A DNA stretch of 64,000 nt from Candidatus Hermodarchaeota archaeon (GTDB lineage: Archaea; Asgardarchaeota; Thorarchaeia; Thorarchaeales; Thorarchaeaceae). The translations under genes were made by a program, and so were the position numbers. Below, one piece after another: positions 47,283 through 57,874 of this stretch. Positions within the stretch are counted from its first letter, which is position 1; every line of letters begins with the position of its first letter. The stretch is taken from contig JBHLLF010000004.1 of assembly GCA_048885865.1 (NCBI GenBank), forward strand, positions 89,505-153,504, read 5' to 3'. Under the pieces are notes generated by a model. The model ran no database searches. It saw only the letters and a list, made by a program, of their open reading frames with translations, and was not told the origin of the DNA.

Positions 47283-48443
47283 ATGATTCGTCCATTCCAT
47301 TCAATAACACAAGAATCTACTGCCTGCTATGCGGGTGGTAGAGTGGAAAGGCCGAAGTTGAGATTGAAGCGTGGGAATGCAAAGCTCGTTGGAATGGTAT
47401 TAATCATGATCCTAATAGGTTCATTCTTGATAGTCTTTAGTCCTCGTCCACACTACTCTGTTCCACGTGAACAAACACCGCGCGCTCATCCTGTTTCTTT
47501 CAACGTTTCATTAGATGACTCTGAGCGATATTATCCAATTGAACCACTCACCTACCCTAACATGATTAGTCAAATTGGAATTACTGACATGGAAACAAAT
47601 GGGACTTCGGTTGGACTTTCCATTCAGAATAGGAACAATGTGACCATTTTCGCAATATCTAGTGTTAGTCTGATTTCCAATAGCTCTCTGGTCGTTCAAG
47701 CTTCAGGAGACTCTAGAATCGTTGTGACGAGAGAAACTGGAAATGCTAATGGTAGTTTCGTGATATTGATATGGGAAATAGTGCCCCCGCCAACTATCGA
47801 TCCTGTGGTCATTGGCGTCTATATTAACACCTTTCCCCTCCTAGCATTTGCAGCGTATGTTTTTTGGAAAATAGTCACAATGAAGACAGCTCGCAAAAGT
47901 ATTCGACCCGCCTGGGTAGTTGTCTTGGTGCTAATTGGTCTTGCACTAATAACTCCATACATTTTCGGATCTCTTGGGGGTTTCTTCACTCCCACAGCTG
48001 TGACGGAGCAGATCTATTCTGATACGAGAACTCTAGAATTGAATGATTCAAACCCCAACAGGCTTTTGCCCTTTGGCAATGAAATCTCAAATAACACAAA
48101 ATCATTCAGAATACATTCGTTTGAGGATGATAACAAGAGGTATCATTTTGAACTGCTTGGTGCCTCTGGCGAGGTTGTTCTCTCTGCAACTCATGAAAAT
48201 TCGTCTATAGCTTGGGAGATTATTGGGGGATCTGTAATTCAAGACCATAGTTTGAGTCTTGATAGGGTGGATAGCGATGTTGAAGTTAGACTCTCTATTG
48301 AAGCTAATGCCACGATTGTAAGAGTCCCAGTCGATCCATTACGAGACTCAATTCTAGCAATCATCGGGTTCATTGCACTAATCCTGGCAGTGGTAACAAG
48401 CCTAGCGGTTCAAACGGTGGAAAAAGTCGGACAGAACTGGTGA
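47283..48443 (+). CDS. Hypothetical membrane protein with two extracellular beta-rich domains (paralog A)
   Basis: TM-domain-TM-TM-domain-TM layout, many N-x-S/T sites; the real start is probably near 47344-47358. Confidence 0.65.
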   Translation: MIRPFHSITQESTACYAGGRVERPKLRLKRGNAKLVGMVLIMILIGSFLIVFSPRPHYSVPREQTPRAHPVSFNVSLDDSERYYPIEPLTYPNMISQIGITDMETNGTSVGLSIQNRNNVTIFAISSVSLISNSSLVVQASGDSRIVVTRETGNANGSFVILIWEIVPPPTIDPVVIGVYINTFPLLAFAAYVFWKIVTMKTARKSIRPAWVVVLVLIGLALITPYIFGSLGGFFTPTAVTEQIYSDTRTLELNDSNPNRLLPFGNEISNNTKSFRIHSFEDDNKRYHFELLGASGEVVLSATHENSSIAWEIIGGSVIQDHSLSLDRVDSDVEVRLSIEANATIVRVPVDPLRDSILAIIGFIALILAVVTSLAVQTVEKVGQNW

Positions 48444-48563
48444 AATGGCATTCCTACATTTAGTTGGCTAAATCAAGAATGATTCATCCATACAATTCAT
48501 TCACTCCATTCAATACACATTGAACATCATATTGAATTGACTTGGTCGTGATTTGAGGGCGGA

Positions 48564-49679
48564 TTGGTCTTGAGTCAATGGGTAGTAAGAACCAAGGTAA
48601 TCGGATTCTCAATGATGATCCTAATTGGAGGAACCATGACAGTAGCACTCCTGGGGTATCCATACTACTCCTATTCATTTTCTGAGCAGATAGAATCGTA
48701 TCCCTTCTCCTTCACTGTCACCAGTGAAGTGCCACAATGGAACAGAACGGCGGACAGATACTTCATTTCACGAATAGGTATTACTGACTTGGAATCAAAC
48801 AGTACTCCAGTGAATCTGATGCTTCTGGAATCGGATGGACAGGTTGCACTATTCCTCGCCAACGTTACAAAAATCAGCGATATCGTTGTAACCAGTTACA
48901 TTTCTAGAGAGTCTTCAGTCATTGTCGAGCGAATAGATGGTGATGCTGAGGTCAACATCACAATTTTGGAGTACCTTGAGATTCCTCCTCCTCCAGTAGA
49001 TATTATATCGCCCATGCCAGCCATTATCTTTTGGTTCTTTTTTGCGTCCGCTGGTTTTCTGATGCTAGTCTTCATGAAAGTTCATAGGAATAAAGCCAGG
49101 CAGACTACAAGTAGATGGCAGAATTTTCGTCGCAGTATTCATCCCGCATGGATTGGCTTCCTTGTTCTGCTTTCTATTATTCTCATGGCCGCATATATCA
49201 CTGGATCGTTGGACGGGTCCTTTGCCCCCGTGGAAAGAGATGAAAGCTTCGACAGTGGATCTCAGTTGTTCACCCTTGATTCGATGACTCCCACTTACAA
49301 TCTGGAGATTGGAGAAGGAATAGAAGAAACCTCATACAGATTCATAATCAGTGCTCATTACTACCCCGAAAAGAGGTATCAAATGACGTTTCAGGACTCC
49401 CTTGGAGGTGTTCTTTTAGAGGCAACTCACATAAACAGTACAGCTGGTTATAGAATTGAGGGAAATACTACTACAGGTGCCAATTACACACTGATGCTTG
49501 AGAGAAGTGGCAGCAATGTCGAGATAGGATTCAGCTATGATTTGATTAGGACTATCATAAGGCCGGATATAGACCCCACAATGAGCACATATGGGGTGAT
49601 TGCAGGAGTAGGAATCCTCCTGATGTCAATCATCCTTGGACTTATCATAGAAGTGAATGATGAACCGACGCAGAACTAG
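48564..49679 (+). CDS. Hypothetical membrane protein (paralog B of 47283-48443)
   Basis: Shares ISxIGITDxExN, PPPxxD, RxSIxPAW, GSLxGxFxP, KRY and ATHxNS with the upstream gene. Confidence 0.7.
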   Translation: MVLSQWVVRTKVIGFSMMILIGGTMTVALLGYPYYSYSFSEQIESYPFSFTVTSEVPQWNRTADRYFISRIGITDLESNSTPVNLMLLESDGQVALFLANVTKISDIVVTSYISRESSVIVERIDGDAEVNITILEYLEIPPPPVDIISPMPAIIFWFFFASAGFLMLVFMKVHRNKARQTTSRWQNFRRSIHPAWIGFLVLLSIILMAAYITGSLDGSFAPVERDESFDSGSQLFTLDSMTPTYNLEIGEGIEETSYRFIISAHYYPEKRYQMTFQDSLGGVLLEATHINSTAGYRIEGNTTTGANYTLMLERSGSNVEIGFSYDLIRTIIRPDIDPTMSTYGVIAGVGILLMSIILGLIIEVNDEPTQN

Positions 49680-49723
49680 CCAAATCTGGTCATGACAGAA
49701 GGAATCTCAAGTATACCAAAAGA

Positions 49724-49755
49724 AACCGAGGCGGCATTATTGCCGCCACTTGGTT
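49724..49755 (-). terminator. Stem-loop terminator of catalase (possibly bidirectional)
   Basis: ggcggca-ttat-tgccgcc stem between convergent genes, then ttctttt on the minus strand. Confidence 0.65.
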
Positions 49756-49766
49756 GATTCTATATT

Positions 49767-51206
49767 CTATAGACCTATTCTTTCTTTGACACCTTTTCCA
49801 TAGTCGGGATCAGCCTTTGTGAAATGCTCAACCATGCGCTTTTGGATTTCCTTTGGAACAGTACTTAGCGGTTCAGCAATGTTGTCCATCAACCTTCCCT
49901 GCTCTTCAGCAGACATGAGACGAAACAGGTTTCCTGGCTGTACATAGTCATCATCGACCCCTCTAGGCTGGTCATATCTATCAGCATCGCCAGAGATTTT
50001 CAGAGGTGGCTCACGATAGGCAGGGTCAGCCTTGGGCCCTCCGAAGCTGTCAGGTTCGTAGTTATACCCCGGACCTCCGTCCATATACCTCATGTATCCA
50101 TCTCGCTGATTAGAGGCAACTTCAGCATTCTTTGCTTGATTCACAGGTAGTTGCTGGTGATTTACCCCCAGTCTGTATCTATGAGCATCAGCATATGAGA
50201 AGATTCTAGCTTGAAGCATTTTATCTGGCGAAAAGGATATACCAGGCACAATATTCGAAGGGGCAAAGGCTGCTTGCTCGATGTCTGTGAAGTAATTCGC
50301 TGGATTCTTGTTGAGTTCCATAACTCCTACGTCAATTAGAGGATAGTCCTCATGAGGCCACACCTTTGTAAGGTCGAAGGGATTCCAGCGGTAGTCAACA
50401 GCCTCCTCTTCTGGCATGATCTGCACTTTGAAGTTCCACTTGGGATAATCTCCTTGTTCAATCCTGTCAAAAAGTTCTCTTGTAGCCCAATCAGGATCTT
50501 CTGCAGTCAGTCTAGCTGCTTCCTCTGCATAGAAGTTCTCTATGCCTTGAGCAGTCTTGAAATGGAACTTCACCCAGAATCTTTCATCCTTAGCGTTGAT
50601 GAAGCTATAAGTATGACTTCCATAGCCGTTGACATGGGCATATCCCTTTGGTGTTCCTCGATCTGAGAATAGGATTGTTACTTGATGCAATGATTCTGGC
50701 ACTAATGACCAAAAGTCCCATTGCATCTCATTAGACCTCAGATTCGTTTGCGGGACTCGTTTTTGCGTATGAATGAAGTCAGGGAACTTCAGTGGATCGC
50801 GAATGAAGAAAACAGGAGTATTATTCCCCACAAGATCCCAGTTGCCCTCCTCAGTATAGAACTTGACCGCAAATCCACGAACGTCACGAACAGTATCTGC
50901 TGAACCTTTTTCTCCTGCCACTGTTGAGAAACGGACCACAAGGTCAGTCTTCTTGCCAACTTTCGAGAACATCTTTGCCTTGGTGTATTTGGTGATGTCA
51001 TGTGTGACAGTAAAAGTGCCAAAAGCACCTGCACCTTTGGCATGTACCACTCGCTCTGGTATACGTTCTCGATTGAAGTGCGCTAGCTTCTCAAGAAGAT
51101 GAAAGTCCTGCAATAATACTGGTCCTCTCTCTCCTGCGGTGAGAGTATTTTGATTATCTGCAACAGGAATTCCTGATGCAGTTGTCATTCTCTTTTCCTT
51201 TGGCAT
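49767..51206 (-). CDS. katA: Monofunctional small-subunit heme catalase
   Basis: [40 protein letters not shown]. Confidence 0.97.
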   Translation of the reverse strand: MPKEKRMTTASGIPVADNQNTLTAGERGPVLLQDFHLLEKLAHFNRERIPERVVHAKGAGAFGTFTVTHDITKYTKAKMFSKVGKKTDLVVRFSTVAGEKGSADTVRDVRGFAVKFYTEEGNWDLVGNNTPVFFIRDPLKFPDFIHTQKRVPQTNLRSNEMQWDFWSLVPESLHQVTILFSDRGTPKGYAHVNGYGSHTYSFINAKDERFWVKFHFKTAQGIENFYAEEAARLTAEDPDWATRELFDRIEQGDYPKWNFKVQIMPEEEAVDYRWNPFDLTKVWPHEDYPLIDVGVMELNKNPANYFTDIEQAAFAPSNIVPGISFSPDKMLQARIFSYADAHRYRLGVNHQQLPVNQAKNAEVASNQRDGYMRYMDGGPGYNYEPDSFGGPKADPAYREPPLKISGDADRYDQPRGVDDDYVQPGNLFRLMSAEEQGRLMDNIAEPLSTVPKEIQKRMVEHFTKADPDYGKGVKERIGL

Positions 51207-51247
51207 ATGATTACACGTCCCTTTGGCATTCCATCATATCATGTAAA

Positions 51248-51279
51248 TAGTAATAGTTACTAACTAGTAATGGTTATAT
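51248..51279. promoter_or_regulatory. Per/Fur-box-like overlapping palindromes between katA and perR/fur
   Basis: TAGTAA-tag-TTACTA (51248-51262), TTACTA-ac-TAGTAA (51257-51270), and a second TAGTAAtggTTAtat copy. Confidence 0.65.
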
Positions 51280-51344
51280 TTAACCGTTTTGTCGTATAGC
51301 TAGCAATTAAAAGAAGAGTTCGGAAGTTACAGAGTGAAACAAGT

Positions 51345-51767
51345 ATGACACTGACCGAAGACCAACTCATCTCGATTTTGAGGGATAGTGGGCATAAGGT
51401 CACACCACAGCGACTTGCAATCTGCAATTACATTCTCTCGAGTAGAGACCACCCAACTGCTGAACAAATTCATTCTGAGGTATTGAAGAAACACCCTGCA
51501 ATCAGCTTGAATACGATTTATCAAACAATGGACATGCTCAAGAGGTTGAATCTTATACAAGAATTGACCCTGAATAGCAATGCTTCTAGATTCGATCCAA
51601 ACACATCAATTCATATCAATGTCATTTGTCAGAAATGCAGCAAGATTCGAGATTTCGAATCAGAGAATATCACGAAACTGTGGTCACAAATAGTGAGTGA
51701 AATTGATTCAAGCCCAGTCGGACAGCGTCTTGATGTCTATGTAATCTGCGACGACTGCAAGAAATGA
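51345..51767 (+). CDS. Fur family regulator (PerR-like)
   Basis: KVTPQRLAI, HPTAEQI, SLNTIY, RFD, two CxxC motifs; divergent from catalase. Confidence 0.92.
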   Translation: MTLTEDQLISILRDSGHKVTPQRLAICNYILSSRDHPTAEQIHSEVLKKHPAISLNTIYQTMDMLKRLNLIQELTLNSNASRFDPNTSIHINVICQKCSKIRDFESENITKLWSQIVSEIDSSPVGQRLDVYVICDDCKK

Positions 51768-51844
51768 CTAATGGTACATGACAGAAAGGTTATATCGCCT
51801 GTCCGTTGAAGCCCCCAGTACAACTGCAGCTTGGGGACTTAAGG

Positions 51845-54800
51845 ATGGCCACAACATCATCAAAGAAGTCGACACCTGCTAGCAAGCCAACTGACGTCTT
51901 AGTAATTGGCGCAGGAATGGCTGGTATCAATGCAGCTCTTTCTTTAGCCGAAGGAGGACATCATGCGCATGTCATTGAGAAATCGGTGAACATTGGTGGC
52001 AACTATGTGGCAGTGTACAAGATATTCCCAATGTTAGAATGCAGTGCATGCGTAATGACCCCACTGACCTCATATGTAGGCAAACACCCCAACATCTCCG
52101 TTCATGCTCTGTCAACAGTTGAGAAAGTCACAGGCTCGCAAGGCAATTTCACAGTCACGGTGAGAAAGAAGGCACGCTATGTCAATGAGGAAACCTGCAC
52201 AGGATGTCAGAAGTGCATTGCAAACTGTCCTGTCGAGGTGCCATCAGAGTACGACCACGGTCTTTCTTTGCGAAAGGCCATCTACATGAATTTCCCCCAG
52301 CAGGTCCCTCTCGTCGCAACGATTGATAGGGAGAATTGTATTGGTTGTGGAACTTGCGCAGCGGTTTGTCCGCAGGACTGCATCAGCTACGATGATGAGG
52401 ACAGGGTATTCGATATTAATGTGGGTTCGATTGTTGTTGCCACAGGATTTCAAGAATACAAGCCAGAAGACTATAGTGAGTATGGCTATGGCGTCTTTCC
52501 GAACGTAGTCACAAGTATGGAATATGATCGGATGACCCATCCGACAGGGCCTACTGACGCACATATGATTCGGCCCTCTGACGGAAAAGAGCCTGAGAAG
52601 ATTCTGTTCATCAACTGCGTGGGAAGCAGGGATGTCCGTGAGAACATCGGAGGATACAGTAAGCACTGCAACAAGGTCTGTTGTTCATTTGGCCTTAAAC
52701 TAGCTCAAGTCACACGGATGCATTATCCAGAGGACCACTGTGAGATAATTTACACCTACATGGACATGCGGACTGCTGGAAAGGCTCTAGAGGAGTTCCT
52801 ATGGGACTCAGAACGAAACCATGCCATCAACTTCGTCCGAGGTCGAGTAGCGGAGGTTTCTGAAGACCCAGACACTCACGACCTCTATGTCAAAATGGAA
52901 GACACTGAGAAAGGGGAAATCATCGAGATTGACAAGATCTCAATGGTCGTACTTAATGCAAGCTTTAGGCCAAATAATGGACAAGAGGAACTCGCAAAGA
53001 TTCTGAAGATTGACATAGACGAGAATGGGTGGGTGAAGACTGCCCATGCGAACTCAGGCGGATTAGAAACCACCAGAAAAGGGATCTTTGTTGCTGGCTG
53101 TGCAACGGGACCGAAGGATGGTACTGATAGTGTGAATGAAGGTAAAGGCGCGGGCATGGCATCTCACTCTCTTCTGCCAATACCAACACCTGCAATACCT
53201 GAAGAGATTCCTCCAGCTGAACTTGGTGATGAACCCCGTGTAGGTGTATTCATCTGTCATTGTGGCGGTATCATTGGTAATGTCATAGATTCACCCGGAC
53301 TGGCTGAATGGGCAAAGGAAATCCCAAATGTAGCGTATGCGACCGATTATCTATTCATGTGTTCAGACCCGGGACAGGAGTTGATTGTTGAAGCCATAAA
53401 AGAACACAAGCTGAACCGGATTGTGGTCGGATCGTGTTCTCCGCTTCAACACCAGGAAACATTCAGAAGAGCCTTAATTGCCGCCGGTCTTTCACCCTAT
53501 TACTTTGTTGGACCTGTTGGCCTTAGAGAACAGCTTTCTCTTGTGAATGCCAATGCACCTCTTGACGAGCGTCAGGAAAAAGCTCAGGACATGATTCGTA
53601 GTGCAGTGGCTCAGGCAGTGAATTCTGAAGTGGTTCCTGTCAAGGAGGTCGAGGTTACCCGAGTCAGCATGGTAGTCGGAGGCGGAGTATCCGGAATGAC
53701 TGCTGCACTGGACCTTGCTCGAAAAGGCTTTGATGTCATACTAGTGGAGAAACAAGACAAACTTGGCGGTCGGTTAAACGACCTCCACCATCTCTTCCCT
53801 AAAATGGAATCAGCGAAAGAGATTGTTGACAGTTTGGTTGCAGAGGTAGAGAATGAGAAACGGATCAAGATCATACTCAACTCCAAAGTTGTGAACCGTG
53901 ATGGCTCATATGGCAATTATGACATCGAGGTCGAGCATGTAGAATCAGGTGAGAAGAATAACTACCAAATTGGATCGATGGTGGTGGCAATTGGCACCGA
54001 AACCTATACTCCGAGGGATGGGGAGTATGGTTATGGCGAGGTGCCAGCTGTCATATCTACACTTGACCTTGAAAGAAAACTCAGAAATGGCGAACTCAAG
54101 AAAGCTCCAAAGAATCCTGTCTTCATTCACTGTGTGGGCTCCAGACAGAATCCAGGTGAAGGTTTCAGACATTGCTCAAGAGTCTGCTGCTCAGCAATCG
54201 TCACCATGCAGCATGAGTTGAAGGAGATGTTCCCTGAGATAAAGATCTTTTCAGCTTACAAGGAACATATTCGTCCATACGCAAATGGAATGGAAGAGAT
54301 GTGGCGCGAAAACAGGCAGATGGGCGTATCCTATCTTCGTTGGGTCAGAGACAGACCAGTTACTGTTGAGAATGACCCAGGAAGTGGCGATGCTATTGTC
54401 ACAATCTATGACACGCTGGCGCAGGAAACCTTCAAGATAAGGTCAGACATGGTCGTCCTCGCTCTAGGCCTTCATGCTCCAGATGATGTTAATGAGCTGG
54501 CAAAGGCACTTGGGATAAATCGTGGAGCTGATGGATTCCTCGCTGAGATGCACATGAAATACCGTCCAGTAGAAACCACCGTGCCGGGAGTGTTTCTAGG
54601 TGTCACCTACGCTAAGAATGTTGCAGACTCGATAAACCAGGCCAGAGGGGCCGCAGGTGAAGCCGCAGTCCCGTTGAACCTAGGTACTGTGGGAATCGAG
54701 CTTGAAACTGCAGACGTGGACCAAGACCTATGTGTGGGGTGTGACCTCTGTCACTATTCTGACATCTGCCCCTATGACGCGGTTTCAATGATTGAGATTG

Positions 54801-54949
54801 AGCCAGGAGTCAAGAAGAGCGTCACTGATGAGATGCGTTGTGAAGGTTGTGGTGCCTGTACTGCAATCTGTCCTACTGGAGCTCGCGACCTACGATGGTG
54901 GCGTGAAGGCAGCTTCATGGAACAGATTGAAGAAATGCTCAAGGAGTGA
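51845..54949 (+). CDS. hdrA: Heterodisulfide reductase subunit A-like protein with two tandem HdrA modules
   Basis: Two GxGxxG FAD sites, CVGSR/CxxxCC twice, VFICHCG and MCS...CSP domain, ferredoxin inserts; ATG at 51845. Confidence 0.92.
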   Translation: MATTSSKKSTPASKPTDVLVIGAGMAGINAALSLAEGGHHAHVIEKSVNIGGNYVAVYKIFPMLECSACVMTPLTSYVGKHPNISVHALSTVEKVTGSQGNFTVTVRKKARYVNEETCTGCQKCIANCPVEVPSEYDHGLSLRKAIYMNFPQQVPLVATIDRENCIGCGTCAAVCPQDCISYDDEDRVFDINVGSIVVATGFQEYKPEDYSEYGYGVFPNVVTSMEYDRMTHPTGPTDAHMIRPSDGKEPEKILFINCVGSRDVRENIGGYSKHCNKVCCSFGLKLAQVTRMHYPEDHCEIIYTYMDMRTAGKALEEFLWDSERNHAINFVRGRVAEVSEDPDTHDLYVKMEDTEKGEIIEIDKISMVVLNASFRPNNGQEELAKILKIDIDENGWVKTAHANSGGLETTRKGIFVAGCATGPKDGTDSVNEGKGAGMASHSLLPIPTPAIPEEIPPAELGDEPRVGVFICHCGGIIGNVIDSPGLAEWAKEIPNVAYATDYLFMCSDPGQELIVEAIKEHKLNRIVVGSCSPLQHQETFRRALIAAGLSPYYFVGPVGLREQLSLVNANAPLDERQEKAQDMIRSAVAQAVNSEVVPVKEVEVTRVSMVVGGGVSGMTAALDLARKGFDVILVEKQDKLGGRLNDLHHLFPKMESAKEIVDSLVAEVENEKRIKIILNSKVVNRDGSYGNYDIEVEHVESGEKNNYQIGSMVVAIGTETYTPRDGEYGYGEVPAVISTLDLERKLRNGELKKAPKNPVFIHCVGSRQNPGEGFRHCSRVCCSAIVTMQHELKEMFPEIKIFSAYKEHIRPYANGMEEMWRENRQMGVSYLRWVRDRPVTVENDPGSGDAIVTIYDTLAQETFKIRSDMVVLALGLHAPDDVNELAKALGINRGADGFLAEMHMKYRPVETTVPGVFLGVTYAKNVADSINQARGAAGEAAVPLNLGTVGIELETADVDQDLCVGCDLCHYSDICPYDAVSMIEIEPGVKKSVTDEMRCEGCGACTAICPTGARDLRWWREGSFMEQIEEMLKE

Positions 54950-55521
54950 GCGCATTGGTGAGTATAGACGGTCTTCGTGCAGGATGGACCGTGTTGAATG
55001 ACCTTCTGGGAGAGCTCCGAGCAAAGGGTGTGTTCATCCCAGACCTCACCTATGCAGACCTGCGCAACTCAAAGATGGTGATAGAGTATCTCTCAAGTTT
55101 TGAAGGCGACCTCAGAAGCTCAGACAATGCAGATGAGAAACTCAGGATCGAGATGGAAACAAAGATCATGAGCCTTCGTGAAACCATGATGGTGTGGGCT
55201 GAGGAGAGGGATGGCATCGGATACAGGCAAGTATGGGAAGAGAAATTTCAGCGGGCTTTGGATGAGAAAGCCGAGTATATTGAAGAGGAGAAGACTCCTA
55301 TCTCTGATATACCCAGGGAGAAGGATATAGGCTTCTTCAGAATCAGACTTCCAGATGAGATTCCAGTGGAAATCATATCAGAATTGGCTGAAGACTGTGG
55401 AGTTCTCATATCGCTAGACGGCGATAGACATCTGCAGGTTAGTGGAAAGAAAGACTGTGTCAGGGATGCGATGAAACGACTTGGTGAGATATTCTACGGA
55501 GATAGTAAACTGAAGAAATAG
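54946..55521 (+). CDS. DUF2096-like protein, translationally coupled to hdrA
   Basis: WTVLNDLLGELR..G..IP.....LRNSK, PREK..FFRIRLP, ELAEDCGV; GTGA overlap. Confidence 0.7.
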   Translation: MSALVSIDGLRAGWTVLNDLLGELRAKGVFIPDLTYADLRNSKMVIEYLSSFEGDLRSSDNADEKLRIEMETKIMSLRETMMVWAEERDGIGYRQVWEEKFQRALDEKAEYIEEEKTPISDIPREKDIGFFRIRLPDEIPVEIISELAEDCGVLISLDGDRHLQVSGKKDCVRDAMKRLGEIFYGDSKLKK

Positions 55522-55573
55522 CATCGCCTCAAATGTCACTCTTTATCTGTTCGCTCAACCCAGAATAATTTGT

Positions 55574-56479
55574 ATGGCCATTGAAAACTTGGACAGAATG
55601 GAGCGTGCGAATCTCTCACTCATTGGATTATCGGTTGGAGATGCTTTTGGAGAGAGTTTCTTTGACTCTCGCCATCAATTAGTGAATCGGATAGCTGAAC
55701 GCAAGAGTCCTCCAGGTAGATGGCCCTTTACTGATGACACGATGATGGCCCTATCGATAGTTTCTGTTCTAAAGGAATACAAGGAGATTAATCAAGACGC
55801 CCTAGCGGCAAGCTTTGCGAGAAACTACGATCCAATTCGGGGCTATGGCCTCGCAATGCATCACGCACTGCCGAGGATGGCTGCTGGAGAGAGATGGTCC
55901 ACCGTGGCATCCGACCTGTTTGGAGGAGAGGGCTCTTTCGGGAATGGAGCGTCAATGCGAGTACCACCAGTGGGCGGATATTTCGCTGATGACATTCTTG
56001 AGGTAAGAAGGAATGCAGCCTTGTCCGCAGAAGTCACGCATAAACATCCTGAAGCTGCAGCAGGTGCGATAGCAGTTGGACTAGCTGCTGCTTGGGCTGC
56101 CAGAATGAGAAATACCGAAGTCCCAACACCTAGCGAATTCATTGAAAAAGTAGTGAAGGGAGTACCTGATAGTATGACCAGGAGAGGAATTCTGAAAGCA
56201 CAGGAAGTTCCTCCTCTTGCTACACCTTCTGATGCTGCCGCCATTCTGGGGTGCGGGCAACAAATTACGACTCAGGACACTGTCCCATTTGTCATTTGGT
56301 GCGCTGCACATTATTTGGAAGACTATGAGAATGCCCTCTGGAACACTGTAAGTGCGTTTGGGGATATGGATACGACATGTGCAATGGTTGGTGGTATTGT
56401 GGTTCTGTATACTGGAATAGAAGGCATACCTAAACAATGGCTGGCTCAGCGAGAAACCCTTCCAGATCTGCCAATCTAG
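55574..56479 (+). CDS. ADP-ribosylglycohydrolase family protein (DraG/ARH-like)
   Basis: GDAFG, TDDT, RGYG, SFGNGASMR, VTH.HP, GDMDT. Confidence 0.93.
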   Translation: MAIENLDRMERANLSLIGLSVGDAFGESFFDSRHQLVNRIAERKSPPGRWPFTDDTMMALSIVSVLKEYKEINQDALAASFARNYDPIRGYGLAMHHALPRMAAGERWSTVASDLFGGEGSFGNGASMRVPPVGGYFADDILEVRRNAALSAEVTHKHPEAAAGAIAVGLAAAWAARMRNTEVPTPSEFIEKVVKGVPDSMTRRGILKAQEVPPLATPSDAAAILGCGQQITTQDTVPFVIWCAAHYLEDYENALWNTVSAFGDMDTTCAMVGGIVVLYTGIEGIPKQWLAQRETLPDLPI

Positions 56480-57360
56480 ATGCCAAGAATGTCACTAATC
56501 GGGTCCAAAGAGATTCTATTCAGCTCAAGGCCCAGCTGTTCCTGATCAAGACCCATCGCTAGTCCGAGAATCTGAGTGACAAACATGGCTGGGAGTTCGA
56601 GGGACTCGCCATTATCATCCTTCATCCCAATCAACTGCACATCAAACTGTGTATGGCACGCTGGACAGTTGGTCACGAGAACATTGGCTCGGCCTTCTTT
56701 CGCCGAAATCATCTTGTCCTTCAGAACATCTGTAGCTACTTCTTCACTTGCAATCAAAAGAGGGGACCCACAGCAGTTGAGCTTTGCACCCCATGGAACG
56801 CTTTGCGCACCAGTGAGTTCAAGGAGTTCGTCTACCTTTCTAGGGAGTTCTGGATCATCAAAGCCTGCTACGTTTGATGGACGAATGAGATGACACCCGG
56901 GGTGAAATGCGATTCTGAGCCCAGTGAGGGGTTTCACAATCCTTGACTTAATGTCATCTTTCATATCATAAAGGACCTCGACAAAATGGCGTATCTTGGT
57001 CTTTCCTGTGTATTCAAGTCCCAATGTCTTCAGGGCGCCATTGACTTTCTTTCGATAGGTTTCGTCATCGTGTAGTACATGATCTGTATCCTTGAGAGAA
57101 CCAAAACAACCGTTGCAGGGAGTGACAATATCATGACCTCTGCTCTCTGCTAGAGCAATGTTCCTGCCCGACATAGAGAGCCAACTATTCTCGTCAATCG
57201 ACTTCAGGACAACCGTACCGCAACAGGATGCGCCTTCGAAGTCGATGAGCTTCACACCGAGTTCCTTGGCCACTGCACGCATCGATGCCTCATAGTTGTT
57301 GAAGCGGTTGGGGATTGCACACCCTAGGAATACTTCGTAGGTCTGGGCCATCTCACTCAC
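56476..57360 (-). CDS. hdrB: Heterodisulfide reductase subunit B
   Basis: Two CCG domains: GC, SCCG, TPCNGC, GCH, CCG, CPAC. Confidence 0.94.
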   Translation of the reverse strand: MSEMAQTYEVFLGCAIPNRFNNYEASMRAVAKELGVKLIDFEGASCCGTVVLKSIDENSWLSMSGRNIALAESRGHDIVTPCNGCFGSLKDTDHVLHDDETYRKKVNGALKTLGLEYTGKTKIRHFVEVLYDMKDDIKSRIVKPLTGLRIAFHPGCHLIRPSNVAGFDDPELPRKVDELLELTGAQSVPWGAKLNCCGSPLLIASEEVATDVLKDKMISAKEGRANVLVTNCPACHTQFDVQLIGMKDDNGESLELPAMFVTQILGLAMGLDQEQLGLELNRISLDPISDILGI

Positions 57361-57871
57361 CCTCCTCCAACTTCATTAGACCCATTTTGTCCAAGACTTT
57401 ACGTGTGTCCTCGACATTCAGCTCTGGCACGTCATCGAGCTCTAGGTCCTCACGTTCCCATTCAGTAGGTTCGTACAGTTTGCCAGTGTCATAGAGTGAC
57501 TTTCTTGCAGCGACATAACCGGGTGGTGCTATTTTCTTCTTGAATGCCATGTTCTTTAGGCCAAAGATGATGTCAGTGATATCTATGCCTTGAGGGCATC
57601 GCTCCTGACAGGTATAGCAAGTCGTGCACAACCATACCATGTCGGTTTCTAGAACTTCTTTTAATCCGAAGAGAAGCATCCGCATCAACTCGTGCACCTG
57701 TATGTTCACCTTGTCACTCACTGGACAGCCAGCACTGCACTTGGCACACTGGAAGCAGGCGGTAAGGTCCTTTCCACCAAGCAGTCCGGAAACCTCCTTT
57801 GTGAACTCTGCATCTAGAGCCTTGAACTTCTTACCCTCAAAAGACTTGAACTGGCCCCACGACTCTGTCAT
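57353..57871 (-). CDS. hdrC: Heterodisulfide reductase subunit C
   Basis: CFQCAKCSAGCP and WLCTTCYTCQERCP. Confidence 0.94.
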   Translation of the reverse strand: MTESWGQFKSFEGKKFKALDAEFTKEVSGLLGGKDLTACFQCAKCSAGCPVSDKVNIQVHELMRMLLFGLKEVLETDMVWLCTTCYTCQERCPQGIDITDIIFGLKNMAFKKKIAPPGYVAARKSLYDTGKLYEPTEWEREDLELDDVPELNVEDTRKVLDKMGLMKLEEGE

Positions 57872-57874
57872 ATC

